A stretch of DNA of 32,879 nucleotides, from the NCBI GenBank assembly GCA_050294405.1, contig JBNKOC010000010.1:1-32879 (forward strand), given 5' to 3'. The translations under genes and the position numbers were made by a program. This stretch comes from Fibrobacteria bacterium. GTDB lineage: Bacteria; Fibrobacterota; Fibrobacteria; UBA11236; JADFYW01. This document shows, in pieces, positions 8,706 through 17,250 of this stretch (its first letter is position 1; the number at the start of each line of letters is the position of its first letter). A model generated the notes under the pieces. The model saw only the letters and a list, made by a program, of their open reading frames with translations. It ran no database searches and was not told where the DNA came from.

Positions 8706-9521
8706 TTATTGACCTGTTACAGTCTCAAAGGCTCCAGCCATATTATTATTATCGGATGTATTTTCAGAAACATAAATAATATCTTTAAAAGATCTTTTAT
8801 TTCCGTCCACAGTTAGCAAAACATCGCCCTTATCGTATGTTATGCCAGTAACAAGGCCTTCATCAAAAGCATAACCCACATCCCGTGAACCATCCCGGGT
8901 GGTTATTTCTATTTTGTAATCGCCTTTTGGCGCAGCCTTTCCCTCGGGAGTTCTACCATCCCAGACCAGTTCCACATCGCCCTCAAGGTTTTGGTTTTTG
9001 TTATCCACCATTTCCAAAACGTTAATCACTTCATTGTCTTTATTTACAATGCTTACTACCGAGGAATTGCCTGGTTCTATATGGGCTTTGAATTTAATAG
9101 GCGCCCCGGTATAGGTAACATTGGAAGCTCCGATACGCACAGCCTTTCCCAAAAGGTTTGTGGATGAAGCCTGGCTTAAAGTATTGGACGCATCGTTTTG
9201 TTTTTCCACCATGGATTCAATTTGTTCTGTTAATTTCTCAATGGATGTATTTGTATTTCTCGCTGCTTCCAAACCTGAAAACTGGGCCATTTGCGCTAAA
9301 AAATCCTCATTGGAAGCGGGGTTTAGCGGGTCTTGATACCGAAGAGTTGTAATTAACAAGTTTAAAAACTGGTCTTTCCCCAGCTCTTCTGTTTTAAAAA
9401 GCTCCTGATTGCCCTCTTTTTCCACAGAGGATGTTATTCCCCCACCTGAAAGGCTTCCGGATACTTTTCTTTCTTCTTCTGCTTTGGTAGCGATAGAGCC
9501 TGTGATAATATCATTTGACAT
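8706..9521 (-). CDS. flgD: Flagellar hook cap FlgD
   Basis: LGKDQFLNLLITTLRYQDPLNP..FLAQMAQFS and the FlgD Ig-like motif WDGR...G...PKGDY. Confidence 0.96.
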   Translation of the reverse strand: MSNDIITGSIATKAEEERKVSGSLSGGGITSSVEKEGNQELFKTEELGKDQFLNLLITTLRYQDPLNPASNEDFLAQMAQFSGLEAARNTNTSIEKLTEQIESMVEKQNDASNTLSQASSTNLLGKAVRIGASNVTYTGAPIKFKAHIEPGNSSVVSIVNKDNEVINVLEMVDNKNQNLEGDVELVWDGRTPEGKAAPKGDYKIEITTRDGSRDVGYAFDEGLVTGITYDKGDVLLTVDGNKRSFKDIIYVSENTSDNNNMAGAFETVTGQ

Positions 9522-9537
9522 AATGCCTCCTCATGCT

Positions 9538-11517
9538 TTAGGCTACCAGCTCTAAAGTATTGTATCCCCATCTTCTGCGTGGGTCCTGATGCCTATCTTC
9601 CCCGCCGCGCTGCTCAGAAAAGGAACCCTCTTTTTGTTTGCCCCGCCCATTTCCCTGGCCGAAGTTTTGACCCCATCGGCCTTCACGCTCCTGGCGAGAG
9701 GCCATATGAGATTTATCCGAATCCACGGATACTTCGATGCTGTCCAACTTAACCTGATGTTGTTGTACAGATTCTTTTAATTTATGCAAGTTGTTTTCCA
9801 CCACCCGACGAACATCATCATTTTCCACTTCAATTTTGCCGTTTATTTTATCGCCCAGCATTTCCATGACTATTTTAATTTTTCCCAGACTTTCCGGATG
9901 GAGGTTTATTTTTATTTCTTTAACCCCATCTTTTTCCACAGATATAATTCCCTGAGAAATTTGCCGTATAATTTCCTTTTCCTGACCCCAAACATGCTTT
10001 CCGCCCTGTGTGTGCTCTAATGGGTTTTCGACGCTCTGATTAAGCTGAGGAACATGTGGGCGGACGTTATCCAGGGCGGTGTTTTCACCCATCTCAAAAG
10101 CGCCTTTTAAGTTTTTGCCTAATTCCTGGATTGCATTATGTTTTTCAGATTTGGAAGAAGATTGCACACCTTCTCTTAGGGAATTTTCCCGGGCTGAAGA
10201 ATTTTTCATTTCCCAACCCTTTTCTGTTTTTACCAAAAATCCAGCCTCAAAAAAACCTTTGCCTTTAGGGTTCTCTGCTTTGGATGAAGCGCTTTGGGCA
10301 TCCTCAGAATTTTGTTTTCCCGAAGTTTCAACCTTTCCGTTTAATTGTTTTAGTTGGCTATATATATGTCCCAAGGTTGCGGGATTGGTCCCAAACTTTG
10401 CATTTGGTAAACTATATACCCGGCTTTGTATGTTTCTATTGCCTTCGTTTTCCTTGACAACATGGCCTTGGGGTTGGTTTCGGAATTCTGATTGAATTTC
10501 CCGTTTTGGGCTTTCAAATGGGTTTTCCTTTTCCATTCCCAAATCTGATTTTTCCAGGCCTTTTATATCTAAGGGTTTTGGAGGACTTTCTATTTCTTCC
10601 AAAGACACTTCTTCAAAGCCTTCAAAATCTTCAGGCTTCATTTGCCTTTTTTCGGCCTGTTCCAATTCAGAATCAGAAGATTTATCTGAATTTTTTCCAA
10701 ATTCATCAGTAACATTTTCACTGTGTTTAGGATTCGAGTTATTTCCCTTAGCATTTAATCCCGCTACATCAAGCTGGTTTATTTCTGCTTTATGTTTGTG
10801 ATTGGAAGCCAGAAGACTACCTGATTCAGACTCCTCATTTTGAGAAATTTCTTCCGGAATATTGAGAAGGGACGCATTGTTTTTTACCCCTCCCAGCAGG
10901 GAGCCTAAATTATCAGGACTTTTGGAAGCTCCTGTATTTCCCGTTTTAAACCCGGAAACTATTTTATCAAAAACAGCTTCTATTTTGGATAGTATTTCTG
11001 GTTCAATATTGTCAATGGCTTTTGTATGCACATTTTGTTGATGCAGGCCATTTACAAATGTTCTAACATTAACCCACTCCCCATCCTGAAATTGGCCAAT
11101 GTTGCCCTCAATATTATTTGTTTCATCAGAAACATTATTTCCAAAACTATTGGCCAAAGGATTATCCATACTTTTATGGAGAGCCTTTTGAATAACATGG
11201 GAAATAGCCTTATCCCAATTTTCACCGGAAAGCTGGTCCAGGGGAACCCCTAAGCCCTGTAATAAATCTCCCAACAACAAAACGTCTTGCTGAGACAAGT
11301 TTTCCAGGGATTTTTCTCCCTTTTCTTTGTTATCTGTATTTTGAAAATTTAAGCCAGGTAATTCGCCTGCTTTACCGGGAAAAAGATTTTGTATCAGGCT
11401 CGATAATATATCTCCAAAACCAGCCTGGGAAGAAAACTGTTCCAAACCTTCCAAAGGTTGGCTTACAGTGTTTCCTGCTGCGGGGTTCGCCTGGCTTTGA
11501 GAAATAATATTTATCAA
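9538..11517 (-). CDS. fliK: Hook-length control protein FliK
   Basis: Long low-complexity N-terminus. C-terminal domain IKINLHPESLGKIKI..NLHKLKESV. Directly upstream of flgD. Confidence 0.9.
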   Translation of the reverse strand: MINIISQSQANPAAGNTVSQPLEGLEQFSSQAGFGDILSSLIQNLFPGKAGELPGLNFQNTDNKEKGEKSLENLSQQDVLLLGDLLQGLGVPLDQLSGENWDKAISHVIQKALHKSMDNPLANSFGNNVSDETNNIEGNIGQFQDGEWVNVRTFVNGLHQQNVHTKAIDNIEPEILSKIEAVFDKIVSGFKTGNTGASKSPDNLGSLLGGVKNNASLLNIPEEISQNEESESGSLLASNHKHKAEINQLDVAGLNAKGNNSNPKHSENVTDEFGKNSDKSSDSELEQAEKRQMKPEDFEGFEEVSLEEIESPPKPLDIKGLEKSDLGMEKENPFESPKREIQSEFRNQPQGHVVKENEGNRNIQSRVYSLPNAKFGTNPATLGHIYSQLKQLNGKVETSGKQNSEDAQSASSKAENPKGKGFFEAGFLVKTEKGWEMKNSSARENSLREGVQSSSKSEKHNAIQELGKNLKGAFEMGENTALDNVRPHVPQLNQSVENPLEHTQGGKHVWGQEKEIIRQISQGIISVEKDGVKEIKINLHPESLGKIKIVMEMLGDKINGKIEVENDDVRRVVENNLHKLKESVQQHQVKLDSIEVSVDSDKSHMASRQEREGRWGQNFGQGNGRGKQKEGSFSEQRGGEDRHQDPRRRWGYNTLELVA

Positions 11518-12104
11518 GAATTATTCTCCGTTTCACCCATTAGTTTTGAAATACGGGCCGCCCGCTTCACATCCATGGTTCCCAATGCGCCCATGAGTTT
11601 TGATTTGGATCTAACTTCGGGAATCAACCTCATAATATCAGCCACCATTTTATCGGACATGGTTAACAAAATAGGCGCGGCCTCTTCGGGGCGCATGGTA
11701 CCATAAACTTCGGCCAATGCCTCAATACGTTTTTGCTTAATGTCGGAACTTTGGGCCACAAGTTTTTCCAAATCATTTTTGTCTTTGGAAATAGCTTCTT
11801 TAAGTTTTGCATTTTCGTTTTTAAGCAATTCCAACCGTTCTATTTCCCTGTTTAATTCGGCCTGCTGATCTTTAATTTCCTCTTCCTTTTTATTTAGAGC
11901 CTCAAAGGTTTTCATTTGTTTTACTTCGGCTTCATCCTGAATGGGATTGTATTTTCGCAAGTAAGTATTAGCCTTAGCTTTGGTTTCTCCATCCAGGCCA
12001 AAATCAATACGCGCCACTCCGGTGGCAAACATCATTACCATTAACACCACGGGAAAGAAAACCATGGAGACAACTGCAATTCCTATAATATCTTTAATAC
12101 TCAT
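11514..12104 (-). CDS. YlxF/MotE/FlbB-like flagellar protein (TM, coiled coil, MgtE_N-like domain)
   Basis: LAEVYGTMRPEEAAPIL motif. Sits before fliK, as Bacillus ylxF does. Confidence 0.75.
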   Translation of the reverse strand: MSIKDIIGIAVVSMVFFPVVLMVMMFATGVARIDFGLDGETKAKANTYLRKYNPIQDEAEVKQMKTFEALNKKEEEIKDQQAELNREIERLELLKNENAKLKEAISKDKNDLEKLVAQSSDIKQKRIEALAEVYGTMRPEEAAPILLTMSDKMVADIMRLIPEVRSKSKLMGALGTMDVKRAARISKLMGETENNS

Positions 12105-12137
12105 AACACGGCATACTCTTCGCCATATGGCACAAAA

Positions 12138-12153
12138 AGCAATCTACATGCCA
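12138..12153 (-). promoter_or_regulatory. sigma54 promoter for the ylxF-like-fliK-flgD-flgE unit
   Basis: Minus strand TGGCATGTAGATTGCT with exact GG-N10-GC spacing, 34 bp upstream of the ATG. Confidence 0.85.
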
Positions 12154-12251
12154 ATGACTTGTTAAGGGTTTTTTCTGCAAATTTGAGGGATTTGTTTCTT
12201 GCTGTACCATTTTTTCCGGACCCCAGGGGAATAAAATGCCTAGTCCATATT

Positions 12252-12275
12252 AAAAGGCCAATCCCAGGGCCTTTT
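12252..12275 (-). terminator. Probable intrinsic terminator downstream of flgM
   Basis: Inverted repeat AAAAGGCC-N8-GGCCTTTT. A second inverted repeat AAATCCTG-N10-CAGGATTT lies at 12288-12313. Confidence 0.5.
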
Positions 12276-12358
12276 CCATAATACTATAAATCCTGATCTG
12301 AAAAACAGGATTTAATACCATGTAATATTGCTTTGGTTGCCTTGCTTAGAGGCTGCGA

Positions 12359-12661
12359 CTATAAGAACATATTTGCGATTTTTTCCGCAATATTTTCAAT
12401 AGTCTTGCTATCCAGGTTATAAGTCTTGTTTTCAATTTGGCTCTTCACCCTTTCCACTTGAAGGGCCCGGCCTTTTTCAAATTCCGTTAATTTTTCGGAT
12501 GTCTTCAATAGCTTTTCGGCATCAGAAGAAATATTAACGGAATCTGTAGATTCGGGAGACTTTTTAACCTTTTGCAGCTCCTTAGGCAACTGGGTGTTTT
12601 TAAAAAACACCTTCTGTGCAATTACCGATGTTAAAGCTGATGATTCCATATTTATACCCAT
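12359..12661 (-). CDS. flgM: Anti-sigma28 factor FlgM (standalone)
   Basis: DSVNISS...R...VERVKSQIENKTY...IAEKI matches the FlgM C-terminal pattern. sigma28 promoter upstream. Confidence 0.8.
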   Translation of the reverse strand: MGINMESSALTSVIAQKVFFKNTQLPKELQKVKKSPESTDSVNISSDAEKLLKTSEKLTEFEKGRALQVERVKSQIENKTYNLDSKTIENIAEKIANMFL

Positions 12662-12693
12662 TTTCTACTTCGTTGGTATTCCTTCTTTATTAA

Positions 12694-12721
12694 TTATCGG
12701 AGAACTAAAGGTAAAACTTTA
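12694..12721 (-). promoter_or_regulatory. sigma28 promoter of flgM
   Basis: Minus strand TAAAGTTT-N12-TCCGATAA, 33 bp upstream of the ATG. Confidence 0.82.
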
Positions 12722-12904
12722 ACTTTTACTTTAATATTTACCCAAGTTTCTAAAAAAACTCGCGAAAAGGGGTGCAACTGCGGTTTTATGGGTTTTTAAG
12801 GGGTTTTAGTTACCTAAATAAGGTTGAAGTTTCTATCAAATAAAAGCTTCAGTCAAATATTCTCAGAGAAAGATGGAAAATCAGGCCTATTTTGAACCAG
12901 GTAT

Positions 12905-12933
12905 AAAAAAAGCCCCTGAGAGAATCAGGAGCT
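12905..12933 (-). terminator. Intrinsic terminator of the 59-aa gene
   Basis: Minus strand GCTCCTGA-TTCTC-TCAGGGGC followed by TTTTTTT, 17 bp after the stop codon. Confidence 0.85.
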
Positions 12934-12950
12934 AATTAAAAGGGAAGAAT

Positions 12951-13130
12951 TTAAACCCGGCTTAAGAACTCGTCCAGAGATTTGCAGGTATTCAGAGCAA
13001 TGAGGAGGTTTGCTATATCGTTGTCTTTAATGGCCAAATCCCTCTCCGGCCTTCCCTCCATGAAGGGAATTTTTTCCGGGTATTTGTTTACAGGCGAAGG
13101 ATTTTGGTTGGTTTTTCTGGAGTGACTCAT
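12951..13130 (-). CDS. Unannotated 59-aa sigma28-dependent small protein
   Basis: Below the ORF-track cutoff. MSHSRKTNQNPSPVNKYPEKIPFMEGRPERDLAIKDNDIANLLIALNTCKSLDEFLSRV. Has RBS AAAGGAG, a sigma28 promoter and a terminator. Confidence 0.8.
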   Translation of the reverse strand: MSHSRKTNQNPSPVNKYPEKIPFMEGRPERDLAIKDNDIANLLIALNTCKSLDEFLSRV

Positions 13131-13166
13131 TCCTGTCTCCTTTGTTATCAGTGCCTGATACCTTTG

Positions 13167-13193
13167 TTATCGGTGCTCAGGCCTATTGCCTTA
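13167..13193 (-). promoter_or_regulatory. sigma28 promoter of the 59-aa gene
   Basis: Minus strand TAAG-N15-ACCGATAA, canonical spacing, 37 bp upstream of the ATG. Confidence 0.75.
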
Positions 13194-13273
13194 AGCGCGA
13201 CAACAATCCATATATATAGGATACACTTTATTGCGCCACAAAGAAACATAAAAATGTAGGCTTAGCCAATATT

Positions 13274-13289
13274 TGTGATCTGGGTCAAA
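13274..13289. promoter_or_regulatory. CRP/FNR-family binding site candidate
   Basis: TGTGA-TCTGGG-TCAAA, one mismatch from TGTGA-N6-TCACA, in the divergent intergenic region. Confidence 0.45.
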
Positions 13290-13430
13290 CTTGAGACATT
13301 TTTTTACGCAGCTTTTGCAAAAATTATATGGACTTTAGAATGGAATTAAGCGACCATTTATAAGAATATGGAGCTGCTCCACGAAAAACTAAAAAAACTA
13401 AAAAATGGCGGTTAATTTCCCTAAAAAAGC

Positions 13431-14621
13431 ATGATTCAGGTTTTGCAAACAGAATTAAAAGAGGGCATGGTGCTTGCCAAGTCCGTGTATAGGGATAATG
13501 GCGATTTGTTATTGGCCAGTGGGTACACCATTAATACCAAGGTGCTCTCTAAATTAAATGAATTAGACCAACCTTATTTTTGGGTGCAGGAAGAAGGCAC
13601 CGAGGCCATTGTCCCGGAAGAGTTGATTTCAGAGCAAATTACTTTGCAAAGCCAATCAGCTTTAAGGGAAAACATGGACCTGCTGAAAAAAATGGTAAAG
13701 ACCCAGGATGATACCTTGGATAACATCCAAAAAACCATGGGGGATTCTAAAAAGTTTAAAAATATTATTGTAGCTGAAAAAGTTAAAAAAAGCGTTGGGG
13801 ACATTATTGACCAGTTGATGAGCAAAGAGTCTGCCGTACTTAACCTTAATTCACTGCGTTCCAAGGCAGGATATTTATACCAACACGCCCTGGATGTTAC
13901 AGTTACAGCCATTGTCATAGCCAACAAACTCCAGTTCAATCGCTTTGAAGTGGAAGAGCTGGCTCTGGGTTGCATGTTAATGGACTTGGGCATGGTGGTT
14001 TTGCCGGACAATCTTACTAACAAAACATCCCGGCTCACTTTTCAGGAATTCACTATCCTGAAAGAACACACCACCTACGGCTATTTTATTTTAAAAGAAA
14101 ACAGCGAGATACCTTTAACTTCTGCACATGTGGCCTACCAACATCACGAAAGACAGGATGGAGCTGGATACCCCAGACGTCTTAGAGGCGACAATGAAAT
14201 ACCCATTAAAAGATTGGCTTCGGAAAAGGGAATGATACATCGTTACGCTGAAATCGCCTCGGTGGCGGATACATATATTGCGCTCACTTCACCTCGCCCC
14301 CATCAGGCCGTCCCTAAATCTCCCGAACAGGCAATCCGTACTTTAATTACTGCGGCTTCTTCTCAATTGAATCGAACTGTGGTAGATACCTTAATCACAT
14401 TAATTCCGGTGTACCCAGTTGGCACCCGAATTGTAATCATTCAGGATGACAAATATAACATGAAAGGCTATACGGGAATCGTGGCCCGCTACCGTTCCGA
14501 CACGCCTGATAAGCCCAGTGTAATGATTATGTTTAACGCCCAAAAGCAAAAAATCAAACCAGTTATAATTGACTTGCTGGAAGAACCGGGCATAAAAATC
14601 CAATTTATGATTTTAAATTAA
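13431..14621 (+). CDS. HD-GYP domain protein with degenerate metal site
   Basis: N-terminal ELKEGMVLAKSVY..G.LLL..G. HHERQDGAGYP is intact, but HD reads MD (MLMDLGM). Confidence 0.88.
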   Translation: MIQVLQTELKEGMVLAKSVYRDNGDLLLASGYTINTKVLSKLNELDQPYFWVQEEGTEAIVPEELISEQITLQSQSALRENMDLLKKMVKTQDDTLDNIQKTMGDSKKFKNIIVAEKVKKSVGDIIDQLMSKESAVLNLNSLRSKAGYLYQHALDVTVTAIVIANKLQFNRFEVEELALGCMLMDLGMVVLPDNLTNKTSRLTFQEFTILKEHTTYGYFILKENSEIPLTSAHVAYQHHERQDGAGYPRRLRGDNEIPIKRLASEKGMIHRYAEIASVADTYIALTSPRPHQAVPKSPEQAIRTLITAASSQLNRTVVDTLITLIPVYPVGTRIVIIQDDKYNMKGYTGIVARYRSDTPDKPSVMIMFNAQKQKIKPVIIDLLEEPGIKIQFMILN

Positions 14622-15163
14622 GAAGACTGCTTCACCTGGGATTTTAATTTTTGGTGGAATCTGGTTTTTAAAATCCCTTGTTTAAAACCGCTGTCGAGAG
14701 AAGCGCTTTCTTCAATAACATCCACTAAGTCCTTCAGTTTAAAAGAGCAGGTGGCCACGCACTCTTCAGTATTTTTTTTCTCTTCGCCTATTAAATCATA
14801 AATTTCATATTTGCCGCGTCCCAGCACTTTAACTTGAGCCGCAAAATCCGGGTACCAGCCCTGATATTGATTGTAAAGGCTATCGCGAATCCATTCTTTT
14901 CGAAAAGATTCCAAAATTTTTTCCACCAACAAGTCCAGTTTTTCGTGGGCAATGGCAATGGATTTGGATTCGCAGACGGCTTGTTCATAACTTTCCAGCT
15001 TAACTCGCGTCACTAAGGTGCCCCCATCTGTGGGTAAGAAGCTATCTTCCGCCCAAGGCCAATCCTCATCCAACACCACATAGCGCACACAGGCAGATAA
15101 AAAAGCTCCTAATAAGCATGCGCATAATAGGCCTTTAAAAATTTTTGTTAGCTCTCTTTCCAT
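14618..15163 (-). CDS. Putative lipoprotein of unknown function
   Basis: Basic and hydrophobic signal with lipobox LSA-C at Cys25. Confidence 0.6.
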   Translation of the reverse strand: MERELTKIFKGLLCACLLGAFLSACVRYVVLDEDWPWAEDSFLPTDGGTLVTRVKLESYEQAVCESKSIAIAHEKLDLLVEKILESFRKEWIRDSLYNQYQGWYPDFAAQVKVLGRGKYEIYDLIGEEKKNTEECVATCSFKLKDLVDVIEESASLDSGFKQGILKTRFHQKLKSQVKQSS

Positions 15164-15222
15164 GTAAAATATATTATTACATAGGAGGGACCCCGGAACA
15201 AGCCATTGAGCTCAATCTAAAT

Positions 15223-16113
15223 ATGAAATATCCCAGTTTAAAAATCGCCATTTCCCTTTTCTTGCAATACATGGAACTTAAAAAATCCGCTTCCCTGCAC
15301 ACTTTGGATGCCTATGAAAGGGATTTAAGGGATTTGTCTCAATATTTAATGCCCGACATAACGCTGGAAAAAATAAGCCATTTGCAATTGCGCAATTATC
15401 TTTTGGGGTTGCAAAAAAAACAACTGAGCCCCGCCAGTCAAAGTCGCAAAATTGCCTGTTTTAAATCTTTTGGGAAATTCTTAAATCTTCAGTATAAATT
15501 GGAACCCCCCTCTTTTTCTCTTTTGATGTTTCCCAAACAAAAAAAACAACTGGCAACTGTTGCTGAATCAGGCCTTATCAGCAAGGCTTTAAACCAACTT
15601 CCGGAAAATTTTTTGCAATTGAGAACACAACTTTGCGTGGAACTGTTGTATGGTTCCGGACTTCGCTTGAGTGAGCTAACTGGCCTTTGTTGGAAAGACT
15701 TTTCAAAAACTTTCGATAGCGTGCAAGTGCTGGGTAAAGGCAATAAATATCGGCAAGTCCCCCTATCCAAATCGGCCAGGGAAATTTTATCTCAATACAA
15801 ATTTCTACTAGCCAAAAAATTCGCCTTCTCCCAAAGCCAAAAAATTATCCTCAACCAAAAGGGAAATCCCCTTAGTAACCGTATGGTGCAAAAAAACGTG
15901 ACAGATTTTTTAAAAATCGCCGGGAAAGAGGGTAAGGCTTCTCCCCATGTATTGCGGCATTCTTTCGCCACCCACCTTTTGGACCGGGGAGCAGATTTGA
16001 TGGCAGTTAAGGAACTATTAGGCCACTCCTCACTTTCTACGACCCAAAAGTACACGCATGTATCTGTGGCTAAATTGAAAGATGTTTACGAAAAGGCCCA
16101 TCCCAGAGCCTAA
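15223..16113 (+). CDS. xerC: Tyrosine recombinase XerC/XerD family
   Basis: LYGSGLRLSE, GKGNK, PHVLRHSFATHLL, LLGH and TTQKYTHV. ATG at 15223 preferred because the 15145 start overlaps the divergent gene. Confidence 0.88.
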   Translation: MKYPSLKIAISLFLQYMELKKSASLHTLDAYERDLRDLSQYLMPDITLEKISHLQLRNYLLGLQKKQLSPASQSRKIACFKSFGKFLNLQYKLEPPSFSLLMFPKQKKQLATVAESGLISKALNQLPENFLQLRTQLCVELLYGSGLRLSELTGLCWKDFSKTFDSVQVLGKGNKYRQVPLSKSAREILSQYKFLLAKKFAFSQSQKIILNQKGNPLSNRMVQKNVTDFLKIAGKEGKASPHVLRHSFATHLLDRGADLMAVKELLGHSSLSTTQKYTHVSVAKLKDVYEKAHPRA

Positions 16114-16115
16114 AA

Positions 16116-17204
16116 CTACTTAACGGATTCCTTAAGGGCAGATAAAAACATTTTGTTTTCATCTGGAGTCCCAATGGTTACCCTGCACCAATCAGGCATG
16201 GAAAAAGAGCCTAAAGCCCTTATAATTACTCCTTTTCTGGCCATAGATTCTGCAAGTTCCGCTGCTGGTTTTTTGGACTGAAAACAGATAAAGTTCGCCT
16301 GAGAAGGGAGGGGGTCTAACCCCAACTCTTTTAACTCCTTATCCAAAATTTTCAATTGCTCTGTGTTATTGCTAAGAGTTTTTTTTTGGAAGTCCGTATC
16401 TTTTAACACGGCGGCTCCTGCAGCTTGAGCATATAAATTGGTATTAAAGGGGTTAAAATTCTTCACCTTTTTTAAAGCTTCAATAACATCGGGGGAAGAA
16501 AAAACCATTCCCAATCGAAGGCCAGCGAGCCCTAACAGTTTACTGAATGTTTTCACCACAATTAAGCGGGGATGTTTTTTAATTAATTTTTGAAAATTGG
16601 GAAAATCCGGGGCAGTGGCAAAATCGCCATAGGCCTCATCCAAAACCAGCAGGCAATTTTGAGGAAGTTTTTTTAAACAGTTTTCCAGTTCCTTTTCAGT
16701 AACATAAGTGCCCGTGGGGTTGTTGGGGTTACATACATAAAGAATTTTTGTATCGGGCTTAATTGCGGACACAAAGCCATCCAAATTGTATTTAAAATTT
16801 TTAAGGGGAACGTAATCAATTTTGGCCCCCAAAATTTGGGAACAGCAGGCATATTGGGAAAAGGTATTTTCGCTCACCAAAACACTGCAACTGGAATTTA
16901 AAAAAGCCGCCCCTATCATAAGCAAAATTTCATCGGAGCCATTGCCCACCATAATATTTTCTGAGGGAATTTGAAAATATTTTGAAATTTCTGAAAGCAA
17001 ATTTTGCGCGCCGCCGTCGGGATATAAAAAAGTTTTATCCACTACGGATTCAATGGCTTCTTTTGCCATAGGGCTGAGACCAAATGGATTTTCGTTGGAG
17101 CCCAGTTTGACTATGGAACTCAATCCATATTTTTCCCGAACCTCCTCAATACTGCGACCAGCTACATAGGTTTTTAAAGATTGGATATAAGGGTTAATCA
17201 TCAT
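16116..17204 (-). CDS. hisC: Histidinol-phosphate aminotransferase
   Basis: KLGSNENP, GNGSDE, CNPNNPTG, LDEAY and the PLP lysine motif KTFSK..GLAGLRLG. Confidence 0.93.
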   Translation of the reverse strand: MMINPYIQSLKTYVAGRSIEEVREKYGLSSIVKLGSNENPFGLSPMAKEAIESVVDKTFLYPDGGAQNLLSEISKYFQIPSENIMVGNGSDEILLMIGAAFLNSSCSVLVSENTFSQYACCSQILGAKIDYVPLKNFKYNLDGFVSAIKPDTKILYVCNPNNPTGTYVTEKELENCLKKLPQNCLLVLDEAYGDFATAPDFPNFQKLIKKHPRLIVVKTFSKLLGLAGLRLGMVFSSPDVIEALKKVKNFNPFNTNLYAQAAGAAVLKDTDFQKKTLSNNTEQLKILDKELKELGLDPLPSQANFICFQSKKPAAELAESMARKGVIIRALGSFSMPDWCRVTIGTPDENKMFLSALKESVK

Positions 17205-17250
17205 TTCCAGAATTTAATTTCTTTCTCGAACATTCTAAACTACCCCATTT

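Noticed and set aside
13406..13421. sigma54-like TGGCGGTTAATTTCC before the HD-GYP gene
   Set aside because: The -12 GC is missing and the implied start would fall at the ATG.
15117..15144. dif-like sequence CATGCGCATAA-TAGGCC-TTTAAAAATTT next to xerC
   Set aside because: Only the XerC arm resembles E. coli dif. The normally better conserved XerD arm (TTATGTTAAAT) does not match, and the site lies inside a coding sequence.
15223..16113. Tyrosine recombinase as a phage or island integrase
   Set aside because: Size and motifs are those of housekeeping XerC/D. No att repeats, tRNA or cargo genes nearby.
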